Shown here piece by piece: positions 28,901 to 37,931 of a stretch of DNA of 64,000 nucleotides. Numbering within the stretch: position 1 is the first letter of the stretch; every line of letters starts with the position of its first letter. Origin of the DNA: Candidatus Omnitrophota bacterium. Lineage in GTDB: Bacteria > Omnitrophota > Gorgyraeia > Duberdicusellales > 4484-171. A program made the position numbers and the translations under genes. The notes beneath the pieces were generated by a model. It was not told where the DNA came from. It ran no database searches and worked only from the letters and a program-made list of their open reading frames with translations. The DNA lies in the NCBI GenBank assembly GCA_037146775.1, contig JBAWWL010000009.1, positions 68,575 through 132,574 on the forward strand. The letters are read 5' to 3'.

Positions 28901-29128
28901 ACCGGGAGTAGTACCCAGGCGATTTTCCAGTTCTTGTGTTACTTTCACCTCCACGTCCTCAGGGCTTGCGCCGGGATAAGTTGAGATAACCGTTATCGAG
29001 GGCGGCTCAATTTCAGGCATCATATCTATACCAAGGCGGGTAAGGCTGTAAAAAGCAAGAATAAGAATGGAAGAAAAGATCATTAAGTTAGTGACGGGCT
29101 TTTTTACGCCAAATTCGGGTAGATGCAT
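25835..29128 (-). CDS. RND efflux permease (AcrB/HAE1 family)
   Basis: YPGASPEDVE, GMVVDNAIVVVDN, GIVVNNAIVLV, RLRPVLMTT. Confidence 0.96.
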   Translation of the reverse strand: MHLPEFGVKKPVTNLMIFSSILILAFYSLTRLGIDMMPEIEPPSITVISTYPGASPEDVEVKVTQELENRLGTTPGLEKITSRSSEGFSIVTLKFIWGTNLDEASNDIRDRIELAKRNLPDIPDEMDNPFIHKFNTADIPILAIGVTAKQTYPDLYDLMDKNIGDALRQLPGVGTVQLQGGGLERQINIWVDRQRLEGYAFSILDIQEALKRENITQPVGSLKTGLTDYLIRLPGEFATPEEINLVILGKRNGKPIYLKDIARVEDSFKEVTSLVRIKQERGIIMMVQKQSGTNAVEVANRVKKRLKELETNLPADVKMNIIFDTSQDIINSLESLKSSLWIAIVLVIVVVWFFLRQFAPSMIIVLTIPFSLLISFIYLFLSGKTINTISLSSIAIATGMVVDNAIVVVDNVYRRLQRGNRPTEAAIFGTSEMFLSISASTFTTVVVFLPMLFIPGVVGIMFGELAIIVTVTLLASLFTAATFSPMLCSKWMGRDQRTEVRGQKAGGRWQRLRVWKEKIYEISEKMFQSWEDYYARVLGWALRHKKIVLLGFLAAFIASLFLARFVGSEFIPEEDSGDLRITVSLPVGTRLEETDKVAKRIEEILKADVSEARFYYVRSGQVSGIGRSMGNASGTHVVTSGAKLVPKEKRKRSVKEVGQAVRNKIRNIPGVIKADISTGNPIGRLITGTSGKAIQVEIIGHSFADTDLIAQKIKAIMEKIPGTVDAAISRDENRPEIKIEVDREKAAMLSLDMYTIASNLKTFIEGSSATKYREKGETYDIYVRLDEPSRSKLEDIGNLPIISPLPEDIKTFTPLQDVITLKGGSLRRPVQLSNIAKIYESLGPIEIERQNRERIVRVECNTYKRSSGEIVDDLKKEFSKITLPADIMVNFGGEADEQRKAFRDLFLLLILGTCLVYMVMAAQFESLLDPFIIMFSIPFTFTGVILGFLATQLPFLKFIFPEPVTLNVISYLGVVMLMGIVVNNAIVLVSYIQILRARGLSMHEAVTLGGKDRLRPVLMTTITTLAGLLPLALSNGEGSETWQPIGVTMVGGLSVSTLITMIFVPTVYAVFHQNRRQRTEVREQRTDDRDQKAEDKK
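27597..27645. repeat. Seven-unit NNCTGNC heptamer array inside the RND CDS
   Basis: ctctgcc acctgcc ccctgcc ttctgtc ctctgac ctctgtc ctctgat; translated as RDQRTEVRGQKAGGRWQR. Confidence 0.85.
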
Positions 29129-29137
29129 TGTTTCCTC

Positions 29138-29557
29138 TTAGTTACATTCCCCATGCGGAAGCATGGGGTCTTGCTCCTTTTTCTGATTACGTATATATCG
29201 CCTAACCTTTTCTATTTCTATTTTTTGTACCTGCCGATAGCCGTACCTAGTTGCCCAAAAAGCTTTTCCTTTCTCCACAGGCTTCCGCCTGTGGTATCTG
29301 CATTTCCCTTGCAAACAAAGACCCAAATGTATTTCTCTTGAAGAAACACTTTTTAGAGTTCTCACAACCGCAGATAGTTCTTCTTTAGTATTAACCTCTA
29401 CCAACAAATGCACGTGGTCTTTATTTGTTTCGTACTCTAATACTTTATATTTATGCCTTTGTATGCATTCTGCAAAAATATCCTTAATAGCTCGTTCCAT
29501 CCCATCCTGTAGTATTGGTTTTCTATATTTAGTCACAAACCAAACATGGCAATGCAT
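29138..29557 (-). mobile_element. tnpA: IS200/IS605-type Y1 (HUH) transposase TnpA, possibly REP-associated
   Basis: HVWFVTKYRK, DHVHLL (HUH), FWATRY, VRRYIRNQ (catalytic Tyr); hairpins at 29149-29168 and 29275-29294. Confidence 0.88.
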
Positions 29558-29559
29558 CG

Positions 29560-29636
29560 CTCTGTCCTCTGACCTCTGCCCTCTGTCATCTGCCCTCTGT
29601 CATCTGCCCTCTGTCATCTGTCCTCTGTCTTCCGTC
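29560..29636. repeat. Heptamer/14-mer array overlapping the MFP C-terminus
   Basis: (ccctctgtcatctg)x3 plus flanking ctctgNc units. Confidence 0.85.
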
Positions 29637-30523
29637 TCTTCCTCAACAACTACTTCCGCTCCCTCGCGTAGACGTTGCTGACCCATAATAACGACAAGAT
29701 CTCCTTCTTGTAACCCCTCGGTTACCTCATAATAGGGACCTTGACGGATACCTAAAGCAATCTTCTTTAATACTGCTTTCTTGTTCTCAATTGTAAACAC
29801 ATACAAATCCGGATATCTGCCTATAATCGCCTCTTTTAAAATAACCAGCGCCTTTTTATGTTCCTGCAAAACCAAGTTAACCCGGGCAAACATTCCTGAC
29901 TGGAGTTTATGCTCATAATTATCCACAGTAATCTCTATCGGCGCAGCACGGGTGCCTAAATCTACAACCGGGCTAATCTTGGTGATTTTTCCGACGAACT
30001 GTTCTGTGGAATATGCATCAACGCTTATGTTTGCACTCTGGCCTAATGAAATCTTGGATAAATATTTTTCAGGAATTTCTACCCCTATCTTTACTCTATC
30101 CATGCTCACCACCAAAGCGATCGCAGTCTGAGTATTCACATTAGTACCTATATCCACATACACTCTGCCTATTCTACCGCTTAAGGTACTTTCTACGGGC
30201 GCTTTCTCAAACTTTAAGCCCACCTCATCGCGATCAATGTAAGCGATTACCTCTCCTTTGTTAATTACGGCACCGTCTTCTTTCAGTTTTTCAATAATTT
30301 TACCGCTTACCTTAGGATAAATAGCGACTTCGTCTTCTGCTTTGATATTACCGACATATTCAAGGATGCTCGCCACATTCTTGAATGTGACTCTATATAC
30401 TTTCACCGGTATCGATTGCAAAGCTTCGTCTTTCTTTGCCCCTTGCGTCGAGCAAGCGCTCATAAACAATATGGCCATAGAAATTATTGCGATATTATTT
30501 TTTTTCATGTTATGTAAAAACAT
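29600..30523 (-). CDS. RND periplasmic adaptor (membrane fusion protein), probable lipoprotein
   Basis: Lipobox-like FMSAC, IYPKVSGKI, GKITKISPVVD, LQSGMFARV; start 30523 or 30508. Confidence 0.92.
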   Translation of the reverse strand: MFLHNMKKNNIAIISMAILFMSACSTQGAKKDEALQSIPVKVYRVTFKNVASILEYVGNIKAEDEVAIYPKVSGKIIEKLKEDGAVINKGEVIAYIDRDEVGLKFEKAPVESTLSGRIGRVYVDIGTNVNTQTAIALVVSMDRVKIGVEIPEKYLSKISLGQSANISVDAYSTEQFVGKITKISPVVDLGTRAAPIEITVDNYEHKLQSGMFARVNLVLQEHKKALVILKEAIIGRYPDLYVFTIENKKAVLKKIALGIRQGPYYEVTEGLQEGDLVVIMGQQRLREGAEVVVEEETEDRGQMTEGR

Positions 30524-30524
30524 C

Positions 30525-31796
30525 TTACATGCTCCCCTCTGCCTTGTCCAGGCTGCTTTTAGCGATAATATAATCATAAAGCACTTGCTCTCTGTTAAAT
30601 AAAGACACCTTGTATTTAAGATACGCGTCGCTTAGATCAATCACACTGGCTATGCCTTGCTTATATCTCTTTTTCAAAGTATAAAGATTATTCTTATAAA
30701 AATTTGCATCGGACTCCGCAGCTTCTATCCCGCCTACCGCGGTCTTTAAAGCTAAATATGCATTTTTTAACTCTAACGCAATATCTCCGACGGTTCTTTC
30801 GCGTAAAAGCTGAGTCTGTTTTAAATCAACTATTGCCTGCTCTATTTTTGTCTTCGTAGAAAACCCGTCAAAGAGAGGCCAGGTTAAAGTAAAACCATAT
30901 ACATTATAATTCTTCCATTTACTTGAACCGACTGCGGTTGCGGTTACAAAACGGTCGCCACCATAAGAATCCCAGGTCGCATAAATCTCAGGCATATTCC
31001 CGGCTTTAGCTATATTGATTGCTTTTTTGTCTGCTTTTTCCTGCGCCTCATACTGTTTTATTTCCGGCCGCTTAGCCATGGCATTAAGTAATGCCTTATC
31101 ATAAATAACTTCCCGGGGTTCGTAAAAGAACTTTGCTTCGGGTTTTATGCTTACCGAATCTTTCATGAATAATAAATTACGCAGCTGCGCCTCGCTTGTC
31201 TTAGCCTGATTTAAAGAGGCTTCACAGTTTTTTTTAGCACTATCCAAAGAAGCTTTCACATTCAAAAGTTCATTCTCGGAAACTTCGCCTTTTCCGTAAC
31301 GTGCTTCTATCGTCGCATAGTGCTGTTCTGTATTTCTTAAGATTTTTTTATTTAAATCTGCAAAGTAATTTGCCAAAACCAGGGTACAAAATGATTTTTT
31401 GACTTGGAATACTAAGTCCAATTTTGTTTTGTCTCTAAGCGCTACCTCGACATCGCGTTTATATTCATTCTGCTTTATGGTATTAATAATTTTCCCGCTT
31501 TTAAAAATAACTTGTTTGAGGCTTGCATCAATCAAGGTGCTGGTATAAGGCTTATCTCTAAGCTCTTGGGTGGTATCTCGGTCAATAGAAAAATCTAAAG
31601 TAGGCAATATTTCCGTCCACGCTTCTTTAATTTTCCATTTGGCTTTTTCTATTGCTTCAGCGCTCAGCAATATATCACGGTTATCCCTTAAGGCAATCAC
31701 CACTGCCTCATCGAGAGTAAGAGCTACTTCTTTAGCGATAAGCACGGGTAAGAATAAAAAATTAGTGGCCAAGCAAAGTGTAATTATTTTTTTCAT
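30525..31796 (-). CDS. TolC-family outer-membrane efflux protein
   Basis: LTLDEAV..AL..N, RYGKGEVS, LTWPLFDG, RYKQGIAS. Confidence 0.92.
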   Translation of the reverse strand: MKKIITLCLATNFLFLPVLIAKEVALTLDEAVVIALRDNRDILLSAEAIEKAKWKIKEAWTEILPTLDFSIDRDTTQELRDKPYTSTLIDASLKQVIFKSGKIINTIKQNEYKRDVEVALRDKTKLDLVFQVKKSFCTLVLANYFADLNKKILRNTEQHYATIEARYGKGEVSENELLNVKASLDSAKKNCEASLNQAKTSEAQLRNLLFMKDSVSIKPEAKFFYEPREVIYDKALLNAMAKRPEIKQYEAQEKADKKAINIAKAGNMPEIYATWDSYGGDRFVTATAVGSSKWKNYNVYGFTLTWPLFDGFSTKTKIEQAIVDLKQTQLLRERTVGDIALELKNAYLALKTAVGGIEAAESDANFYKNNLYTLKKRYKQGIASVIDLSDAYLKYKVSLFNREQVLYDYIIAKSSLDKAEGSM

Positions 31797-32251
31797 TTTG
31801 TAACAGGTGGTTCCCCGGTCAAGATATCTTTCATTTGAGTAATAATCCTTAAATAATTATTTCGGTCTTCTTCCGACATTTTTCCGAATACCTTAATCGC
31901 CATTTGCCGCCGGCATTCGCCGATCCTCTTAACAAGCGTATCGCCCTCGGGAGTTAATGTAACATTGATAATCCTGCGATCGCCGGTATCATGCGATCTC
32001 ACCGCATAACCCTCTCTGACCAGCCTATCCACCATACCAGTCATGGCTGCGGTAGTCACGTTCATACAACGAGCTAAGTCAGTCATCTTCGATGAGCCCT
32101 CGCGGTGTAAAGATTCCATGATAAAAAACTGCGGCAGGGTGATATTACCTTTATATAATTCGCCGGTTAAGCGCTTAGCAAATTCCTTCATAATAAGCGG
32201 CATAATCGTATTTAATTTGTCGGCAAAATCGGATAAAGAAATATGTTGCAT
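31793..32251 (-). CDS. MarR-family transcriptional regulator
   Basis: ITLPQF, MTDLA...AAMTGMVDRLVREGY, DRRIINVTLTPEG. Confidence 0.94.
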   Translation of the reverse strand: MQHISLSDFADKLNTIMPLIMKEFAKRLTGELYKGNITLPQFFIMESLHREGSSKMTDLARCMNVTTAAMTGMVDRLVREGYAVRSHDTGDRRIINVTLTPEGDTLVKRIGECRRQMAIKVFGKMSEEDRNNYLRIITQMKDILTGEPPVTK

Positions 32252-32269
32252 TGTTTAATTCTATTAATA

Positions 32270-32326
32270 TTCAACTATATTGATTGTTAACTATGTTAAC
32301 TATATCAGAAATAGAAATTTTGTCAA
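32270..32326 (-). promoter_or_regulatory. marR operon promoter with overlapping candidate MarR operator
   Basis: TTGACA(32326-32321)-16 nt-TATAGT; palindromic GTTAAC-TAT-GTTAAC overlaps the -10/+1 region. Confidence 0.65.
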
Positions 32327-32465
32327 GACAGATAAACCCAGATTCTGCCTGCTCCCGAAGGGAGCGAGCAAAATCTGTCCGAAGGGCCACCGCTAAAATT
32401 TCTAACCAACAGGCGCCCGTCGGGCAGCCTGCTGGGCTATGGAAATTTTGGAAAACGGCGGGGTA

Positions 32466-32571
32466 ATCCCAAAATTTGCATTAGAAAGTGGTTGGCGTGT
32501 TTTACCCATTGAAAGGGTTGTGGCTATACAATTATTTTCTGCACTAAAAAAATGCAGGCAAATTTTGGGAT
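32466..32571. repeat. 106-bp MITE-like element with 14-bp perfect terminal inverted repeats
   Basis: ATCCCAAAATTTGC / GCAAATTTTGGGAT. Confidence 0.55.
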
Positions 32572-32608
32572 AAAACCGAATTGTTCAGGTTAAATCTCCG
32601 GCGGAAGT

Positions 32609-32839
32609 CTAATTAGGGCATGCGCGAAACAAACTGAACGCAACCAAAACCGCACACAATAATACTATACCCATAATTCTGGTGTTACGGATTTCTTTAC
32701 TAAAAGAAATCGGCTCTATCCTCCAATTAATCCGGGCATAGAACTTCTGCTGTATAGAGATAGCACGGTTAGGATACCGGATAAAAAACACACCGGCAAG
32801 AGCAGCAAAAATACACCACAACAAATATATTATACGCAT
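32609..32839 (-). CDS. Small two-TM membrane protein
   Basis: GGAGGAGG RBS; two hydrophobic helices. Confidence 0.65.
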   Translation of the reverse strand: MRIIYLLWCIFAALAGVFFIRYPNRAISIQQKFYARINWRIEPISFSKEIRNTRIMGIVLLCAVLVAFSLFRACPN

Positions 32840-32849
32840 CGACCCTCCT

Positions 32850-32867
32850 CCACGGGCATGCCCGTGG
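32850..32867. repeat. REP-like perfect palindrome
   Basis: CCACGGGCATGCCCGTGG. Confidence 0.6.
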
Positions 32868-32904
32868 CAACCACATCAGTAACATTCTGCTTATAACGAA
32901 ATTC

Positions 32905-33197
32905 ATATGAGTGAATTCAAAATTCCAAGTACAAATTACAAACAAACTCTAAACACTAAACTCTAAATCCTAAATAAACTCAAAACGAAAAACTCAAAAT
33001 TAAAAACGATACTGGTTTGAGTTTGGAATATTTGAATTTTGGATTTGTTTAGGATTTAGGATTTCGGATTTAGAGTTTATCATAAGCCGTTACCGTTAAT
33101 CGGTTTTCACTACATACGACGTACTATGTACTACATACTATATACTCAGTACTCACTACTCACGACTATCTACCATGTACTACGTACGACATACTAT
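32905..33197. repeat. Inverted TAAAYYC heptamer element plus TACTATR array
   Basis: aaactctaaatcctaaa...tttaggatttaggatttcggatttagagttt; 32950-32999 matches 46253-46302 at 49/50. Confidence 0.85.
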
Positions 33198-33580
33198 TTC
33201 ACTGCATATTTTCCCGCGCCCAACATCATAAGCGCCAAGCAGATGCACGCAATAACAAAAGTATATTCGAAACCTCCTTGCTGGATAAAAAATCCTTTAG
33301 ATAAATGCACGGTGGCTGCGGCTACCATGATAAATACCAATAATAATGCCGCCGCCAGTCTGGTCCAGAAACCAACCAGTAAACACACACCACCGATAAG
33401 TTCGCTGCAGGCCGCAATATAAGCCCACACCAAAGACGGTTTAAAACCAAGGCCTGAGAGCATCTGACTAAAACCATGCAGACCCGGACCGGAAAACAAA
33501 CCAAAACTTGCCTGCAAACCATGCCCGATAAACACAACTGCTAAACATAAACGTAAAACTAAAATAGCTACATCTGTCAT
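33194..33580 (-). CDS. DoxX family membrane protein
   Basis: LVLRLCLAVVFIGHG, ELIGG..LLVGFWTR, GGFEY, GAGKYA. Confidence 0.92.
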   Translation of the reverse strand: MTDVAILVLRLCLAVVFIGHGLQASFGLFSGPGLHGFSQMLSGLGFKPSLVWAYIAACSELIGGVCLLVGFWTRLAAALLLVFIMVAAATVHLSKGFFIQQGGFEYTFVIACICLALMMLGAGKYAVK

Positions 33581-33659
33581 ATACACCTCCTCGTTAAAAC
33601 TTTCGTACCACTAAAGACATCTTATAATTATTCAAAAATTACGATTTTCTCGATATTTT

Positions 33660-34784
33660 TCATGAAACTTTTGACAGCATCAAAGCCTTGAGCACGCCCA
33701 CCTTATTCCTCCAGCCATATAAACGATAGATACACATTAAAAAATGTAAAACTATCGCCAACCTCCCCTTCAAATGTATACCCATAACTTGGCCACAGGC
33801 CCTATTATTAGCCATGGGTATAATATAACCAAAATCAAAAGGCTGATACTCCTTAAATTCCAGGCCCTTGATACTGCGGATAACCTGTGCGCCGGCAAAC
33901 AAGCCTTGTGTAATAGCAAACTGTACTGCCATCCGCAAACAAGTATTACCATACGAAAAACAGGCAGCATCTCCGGCCACAAAAATACTCTCATGTGCTT
34001 TAAGCGACATATCAACTTTTAATCTACCCTGCGGATTCTTCCCTAAAGAAAGCTTCTGGATAAAATCAGCGCAACGCACGCCGGCCGTCCAGATAAGCAT
34101 ACTGTTATTATAGTTCGAAGAATCAGAAAACCGCAGGCTTCTTTCCTCTATTCTTTCGACAACCACGCCGGTAGCAACTTCGATATCCAGCATCCTAAGA
34201 TTATCCGAAACATAAGCTTTCATCCAATCCGGCAGTGGACCTAAAATTGAAACTGCGCGTTCAGCAATAATGATTCTACCCTTTTTTCCGTGGCGGTTAA
34301 GGTAACAACGCAGGCCACAAGCTACTTCTATGCCGCTATAGCCGGCGCCGGCTACAATAAAATTCTCGTATTGGTTCCGGCCTAATGCAGCGGTTATTTT
34401 CACCGCATCTTGCGCACTATCCAACGTGTATCCGTACTTTTTTACGGCATCGTTGCCGTAACTGTTTGTTTCGGTGCCGCTGGCAAGAATCAGATAATCA
34501 TACGGGAATACTGCGTCAGAGGTAATAACTTCTTTCTTTTCTGGATCCAAAGCAATAACTTCTTTATTGAAAAAACGAGCGCCGTATTTCAAAGCAATCG
34601 GCCCAAGCTCACAGGTTATAAAACGCGGGCTGATATTTCTGGCAAAACAATCAGGAAGTAACGGCAGAAAATCAAAGGTTTCTTTTTTGTCGATAAGAAG
34701 AATATCCAGAGGAACTTTTGCGCTTGCCAGCCGAACGAGTGCGGCTATGCCAGAAAATCCCGCGCCAACTATTATAATTCTCAT
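33660..34784 (-). CDS. NDH-2-like FAD/NAD(P)-dependent oxidoreductase
   Basis: VGAGFSG, YDYLILASG, GAGYSGIE, IWTAGV, FVAGDAA. Confidence 0.88.
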   Translation of the reverse strand: MRIIIVGAGFSGIAALVRLASAKVPLDILLIDKKETFDFLPLLPDCFARNISPRFITCELGPIALKYGARFFNKEVIALDPEKKEVITSDAVFPYDYLILASGTETNSYGNDAVKKYGYTLDSAQDAVKITAALGRNQYENFIVAGAGYSGIEVACGLRCYLNRHGKKGRIIIAERAVSILGPLPDWMKAYVSDNLRMLDIEVATGVVVERIEERSLRFSDSSNYNNSMLIWTAGVRCADFIQKLSLGKNPQGRLKVDMSLKAHESIFVAGDAACFSYGNTCLRMAVQFAITQGLFAGAQVIRSIKGLEFKEYQPFDFGYIIPMANNRACGQVMGIHLKGRLAIVLHFLMCIYRLYGWRNKVGVLKALMLSKVS

Positions 34785-35695
34785 CGTATAAAAATGGCAG
34801 CAATCATTATTACGCTTACCATTACCTGTATACAGATGGTAAGTTTCGAAGAAAGCATAAGTTTAGTTTTATCAAGATAGTGGTGTTTCAAAATACCTAT
34901 CGCTTTTACGGCAGGAAATATCCCCAGTAAAGAACATAGCGCAAACGGACTGACGTATCGGCGCTGGACCAGAACCACTATTGAAATAAATCCAGCCACG
35001 ACCAGCAGACGATAGAAAACATAAGCACGATCCAGGCCAAGAATACTTACCCAATTCATTTTTTTTGCCCTTACGTCGTCGCTATAATCAGGAATTTCGT
35101 TGGCAAAAAGAATCGCGGTAGTAAAAATACCGAAAGGAACAGACAAAAGAAAACTCTTCATGTCCGGGAATAGTTTTGTTTGGATAAAATAGCCGCCCAT
35201 GACTAACGCCGGGCCGAAGGTAAGAAAAATAATAAACTCACCACACCTACGGTAAGAAAACTGCAAAGGCTTATGTGAATATGACCAGCCCAACAAAAGT
35301 ATCACCAGATAATATCCGACAACACTTGAAGCCTTAAGCGTTATACTTAAACCAAGAACGCAAAAACCGGCCGCAAGGGCGGTGAACGCGGCTAAACGCT
35401 TAAAAAATAACTCGGAAAATACTTTTTCCTGAATAAGCTTGGAGCCGCCAAAAAATTTATAGAAATTTTTATCCTGCCAGTCCGCGCCGCTTTTTGAATC
35501 CGCGTAATCATTCATCAAATTAGCGCTCAAATGCGTGGCGATTACTGCCCCCAACCCAAATAAAAATGTTATTATATGAAAATTTTCTCTTACATACAAA
35601 GAACCAAAGATAAATGGTAATACACTTGCGCTTAAAAACGGCAGGCGCAAGGCGCGGGAAAGGTTCTTTATTGTAATTTTTTTATTTGCAGCCAT
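34781..35695 (-). CDS. UbiA-superfamily prenyltransferase, MenA-like
   Basis: ALRLPFL, NLMNDYADSKSGAD, GE..IFLTFGP, NEIPDYSDD; multiple TM helices. Confidence 0.85.
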   Translation of the reverse strand: MAANKKITIKNLSRALRLPFLSASVLPFIFGSLYVRENFHIITFLFGLGAVIATHLSANLMNDYADSKSGADWQDKNFYKFFGGSKLIQEKVFSELFFKRLAAFTALAAGFCVLGLSITLKASSVVGYYLVILLLGWSYSHKPLQFSYRRCGEFIIFLTFGPALVMGGYFIQTKLFPDMKSFLLSVPFGIFTTAILFANEIPDYSDDVRAKKMNWVSILGLDRAYVFYRLLVVAGFISIVVLVQRRYVSPFALCSLLGIFPAVKAIGILKHHYLDKTKLMLSSKLTICIQVMVSVIMIAAIFIR

Positions 35696-35720
35696 ACCAG
35701 CTTCATGTTAACATAAAGCC

Positions 35721-36761
35721 ATGTTTTTGGAAATAAAAAAAAGGATAGAAGCGGAACTGGACAAATATATCCACGAAGCCAATGAACTATACCGCCTAAA
35801 AAAGATATCCCCCCTGCTTTTTAACGCTATAAAAGAGTTTATTTCCCGGGAAGGCAAACGCGTGCGGCCCATTCTTTTTGTAGTAAGCTACCTCGGTTTT
35901 GCGAAAAAAACCGCTCCCGGACTATACCGCAGCGCGCTCTCTCTGGAGCTCTTACACGATTTCATGCTCGTTCACGATGATATCATTGATAAGTCAGAGA
36001 CCCGCAGAGGGAAACCTTCAATGCACGCACTTTTAAACACTTATCTTAGCGAACATACACACGTAAAATTTAGCGGTCAAGACCTGACTATCGTGGTAGG
36101 AGACGTAATGTATGCCATGGCTATTCACTCCTTTTTAGCGATCCGGGAAAAATTAGAGCGTAAAGAACGCGCACTACAGAAACTCGTTGATGCGGCTATG
36201 TATACCGGGAGCGGAGAATTTATTGAGCTTTTAGCCGGCCTGAATCGGATTGACGCCATTAAAAAACAAGATATCTATAAAATCTATGACTTTAAAACTG
36301 CCTGCTATACCTTCGCCACCCCTCTTTCCATGGGAGCGATACTTGCCGGAGCGCGAGACGAGGAAGTAAAAAAACTCTTTGCTTGCGGCATATATTTAGG
36401 GAGAGCTTTCCAAATCAAAGACGATATTCTCGGTATGTTCGGTGACGAGAAAAAAATCGGAAAATCAACTACTACCGATTTACAGGAGGCGAAAAAAACG
36501 ATCCTTATCTGGTATGCCTACCATCATGCTTCTTCCAATGACAAAAAAGTAATCGAATCTCTGCTGGAAAAAGAAATGATAAACACCCAAGATATAGAAA
36601 CTATGCGTGCCATCGTGACCCAATCAGGAGCGCTTATCTTCGCAGAAAAAGAGATAGCAGCTTTGGTACAAAAAGTAAAAACTTTAAGCGCAGCCTCCAG
36701 GATGCAATCGTCATATCAAGAAGCGCTCACCGCTTATTTCAAGAAACTACTCGCCATATAA
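35721..36761 (+). CDS. Polyprenyl diphosphate synthase (IdsA/CrtE-like GGPP synthase)
   Basis: GKRVRP, LVHDDIIDKSETRRG (FARM), KTA.YTF, FQIKDDILG, DLQEAKKT. Confidence 0.93.
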   Translation: MFLEIKKRIEAELDKYIHEANELYRLKKISPLLFNAIKEFISREGKRVRPILFVVSYLGFAKKTAPGLYRSALSLELLHDFMLVHDDIIDKSETRRGKPSMHALLNTYLSEHTHVKFSGQDLTIVVGDVMYAMAIHSFLAIREKLERKERALQKLVDAAMYTGSGEFIELLAGLNRIDAIKKQDIYKIYDFKTACYTFATPLSMGAILAGARDEEVKKLFACGIYLGRAFQIKDDILGMFGDEKKIGKSTTTDLQEAKKTILIWYAYHHASSNDKKVIESLLEKEMINTQDIETMRAIVTQSGALIFAEKEIAALVQKVKTLSAASRMQSSYQEALTAYFKKLLAI

Positions 36762-36765
36762 TCCT

Positions 36766-37641
36766 TCAGTCAGCGGCACAAACAAATTTACAAGTATTAC
36801 TTTTAATATCCAAAACGAGCTCATTCTGAGGGTCAATCGCTAAGGCTTTGCCCAGATATTGCTCATACTGGGCACTATCGCCCTTCCTTTGATATACTTG
36901 AGCCAGGCGCACATAAATATCCACAAAGCCGGGATCGGCATGGAGAGCTTTTTCTAAATAAACTTGCGCTTTTTGCAGATTTCCTCCGGCAAGCGAAGGC
37001 GCCAGAAGATAGAAACTGCCAAGTCCAAATAATACCGCCGCCGCATCCGGCTGCAGGCTTTCGGCCTTCTTTAAAGTTGACAAAACCGACGTGCCGTTAA
37101 TAAGTTTGGAAAGCGGTCCGCCATAATGCGCGATCATTCCTTTTGATCCGGCCGTTAAAAGATACGCCCGGACATAGTTACTTAAATCAACATTATCTTT
37201 ACCCTGCCTTATAACCTCACTCGCCAACGACACCGCCCGCTCAAACTCCATCTTGTTATATTTGATATATCCTAAACTGATATGCGCGGGAGCAAAACGC
37301 GGATGGGAAACAACCACTGCTTCTAGCATAGTTTCAGCGTCATGTACGTTGTGCTTACGCCGATATACCTCCGCCAGGCCCCATTGCGCTTCAACGACCT
37401 CGGGAGAAAGCTTGGCTATCTTAACAAAAGCACTCTCTGCCTCGTTATCTTGGTGCACATTCAAATAAACTAAGGCCAATACATATAGATCGTTTACGGA
37501 ATCCGGGCTCTTCTCGACTGCCGAGACTGCCTGGCTGATATCAATCTTATCAGCAGCCTCGTGTAAATTCTTCCAATCCAGGCCATAGCCGCTGGGCAAA
37601 ACACCAAGAAGCATAAGAAAGAATATTATTATGTGTTTCAT
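36766..37641 (-). CDS. Exported TPR protein
   Basis: Signal peptide; several TPR repeats; ATGA overlap with the cyclase gene stop. Confidence 0.8.
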   Translation of the reverse strand: MKHIIIFFLMLLGVLPSGYGLDWKNLHEAADKIDISQAVSAVEKSPDSVNDLYVLALVYLNVHQDNEAESAFVKIAKLSPEVVEAQWGLAEVYRRKHNVHDAETMLEAVVVSHPRFAPAHISLGYIKYNKMEFERAVSLASEVIRQGKDNVDLSNYVRAYLLTAGSKGMIAHYGGPLSKLINGTSVLSTLKKAESLQPDAAAVLFGLGSFYLLAPSLAGGNLQKAQVYLEKALHADPGFVDIYVRLAQVYQRKGDSAQYEQYLGKALAIDPQNELVLDIKSNTCKFVCAAD

Positions 37642-37931
37642 GATTGCCTCCGCTTACCACGCTCCCACAAAACAATACTTACGGTCACCATACTAAAACC
37701 AAAAAGAAAATCCTCAAAAGGTATAGTAAAAATCCTATAGCCTAAAAAAAATTGCGGGTTATAAAGTACCACCTGCCGGGTAAGATAACCATTCACAAGC
37801 AGTTTGAAACAAAGAATTATGAACAAAAAAACACAGAACTCTTTTCTGCACAATAGGCGTGTGCCGCTCATCCTATCAAAAAGCACTGCCGCCAAAACCG
37901 ACGCGACCGAAAGTATGGTATATTCTTTCAT
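37638..37931 (-). CDS. Lycopene cyclase domain protein (heterodimeric CrtYd-type subunit)
   Basis: VNGYLT..VVLYNP..FLG.RIFTIPFEDFLFGF; start 37931. Confidence 0.85.
   Translation of the reverse strand: MKEYTILSVASVLAAVLFDRMSGTRLLCRKEFCVFLFIILCFKLLVNGYLTRQVVLYNPQFFLGYRIFTIPFEDFLFGFSMVTVSIVLWERGKRRQS

Noticed and set aside
29558-29602. Programmed read-through of the MFP TGA into the in-frame tnpA
   Set aside because: The frames do coincide, but an exported lipoprotein-transposase fusion is implausible and no recoding signal is visible.
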